From Callorhinchus milii (taxonomy: Eukaryota), in assembly GCF_018977255.1 (NCBI RefSeq), contig NW_024704743.1:10170001-10234000 (forward strand): DNA of 64,000 nucleotides, read 5' to 3'. The notes under the pieces are model-generated. The model was not told the origin of the DNA, did not search any database, and saw only the letters and a program-made list of their open reading frames with translations. Positions within the stretch are counted from its first letter, which is position 1; each line of letters begins with the position of its first letter. A program made the position numbers and the translations under genes. Shown piece by piece: positions 63,019-64,000 of this stretch.

Positions 63019-64000
63019 CCAAGGATCCATCCTTGGCCCTCTCCTCTTCCTAATCTATATGCTCCTTCTTGGGGATGTCATCCACAGACATGGGGTACAC
63101 TTCCACATGTATGCAGACGACACCCAACTCTATTTTTCCACCTCACTTTGCGACTGTCAGCCTGCCTGTCAGACATCAGGAGCTGGATGAGTGCGAATTT
63201 TCTTCAGCTAAATGTTGACGTGATGGAAGCCAAACTCTTGGGCTCTCGTCAACATCTTCAATCGCACGGTTCTCACCTACCCGACCTCCCCCTAAAACGC
63301 TCCAAACCCGTATGCAACCCAGGCATCAAGTTCGACCCCCAATTATCCTTCCTCCCCCACATCCGGTGCCTCACCAGCACCACTTTCTTCCACCTCCGAA
63401 GCATCGGCAGTCTCCACCAATATCTCACCCCAAAAGCCGCCAAAACTCTGGTCCATGCCTTTGTCACCTCTCGGCTGGACTATTCAAATACCCTCCTCAC
63501 CGGTCTCCCCTCCACTACCATTCATAAAATCCAGGTCATCCAGAATTCTGCCGCCCGCATTCTTACTCACACCAAACTCCACTCCCCGATTACCCCAGTC
63601 CTTGCTAGATTGCACTGGCTGCCTGTCCCAGAGAGGATTGATCCTCACTCTTGTTTTCAAATCCCTCCACTCCTCTGCACCCCTTTACCTCTCTGACCTC
63701 CTCTCTCCTCACAGCAGTGCCCCTTGCCTTCGCTCCACTGGGTCTGGCCTCCTCCTTGTCCCCCAAATCCTCCGCTCCACCATCGGGGAGTAGCCGCTAT
63801 GCCCCGAGGCTCTGGAACCACCTCGCCCTCTCTCTTCCTACTTTCAGGTCTCGGCTAAAAACCTTTCTTTTCGACCGCGCCTTTGGTCACCTTCTTCCCC
63901 CTCCCCCTGGCTTAGCCCCAGGATCCATTACTGTGAAGCGCTCTGAGACGCCATCCGGCGTGGAGGCCGCTATATAAATCCAAGTTGCTGTTGTTGTTGT
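63019..64000 (+). mobile_element. L2 subfamily B, 5'-truncated
   Basis: [35 protein letters not shown]; stem-loop and (TTG)n tail running to the window end. Confidence 0.95.

Noticed and set aside
1..64000. Prokaryotic systems (CRISPR, retron, group II intron, DGR) suggested by RT motifs and recurring repeats
   Set aside because: The RTs are non-LTR L2/CR1 types with APE domains and LINE tails; repeats are dispersed SINE/LINE ends, not regularly spaced arrays.

Overview
Eukaryotic, non-coding, retrotransposon-rich DNA from a vertebrate. The mix of L2, CR1 and DeuSINE-type elements suggests a cartilaginous fish (inference). I found no host exon, rRNA, genuine tRNA gene or CRISPR array that I can support, so the window is intergenic or intronic. 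All long ORFs are LINE endonuclease/reverse-transcriptase remnants or alternative frames of the C-rich L2 sequence. Contents: at least two L2 subfamilies, including an apparently full-length ~3.6 kb single-ORF copy (minus, 10000-13636); several CR1 copies; two tRNA-headed SINE families sharing an L2-type 3' stem-loop; an old unclassified repeat; and many nested insertions. Most notable: (1) the full-length L2 splits a SINE with a 9-bp TSD and carries at its 5' junction a 175-bp inverted copy of nearby DNA; (2) its leader has a candidate 102-nt intron and promoter motifs; (3) a 501-bp polyadenylated retrocopy with an 18-bp TSD; (4) a 253-bp block duplicated together with its SINE 30 kb away; (5) several short fold-back duplications. 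Boundaries of old repeats are approximate and all comparisons were made by eye.
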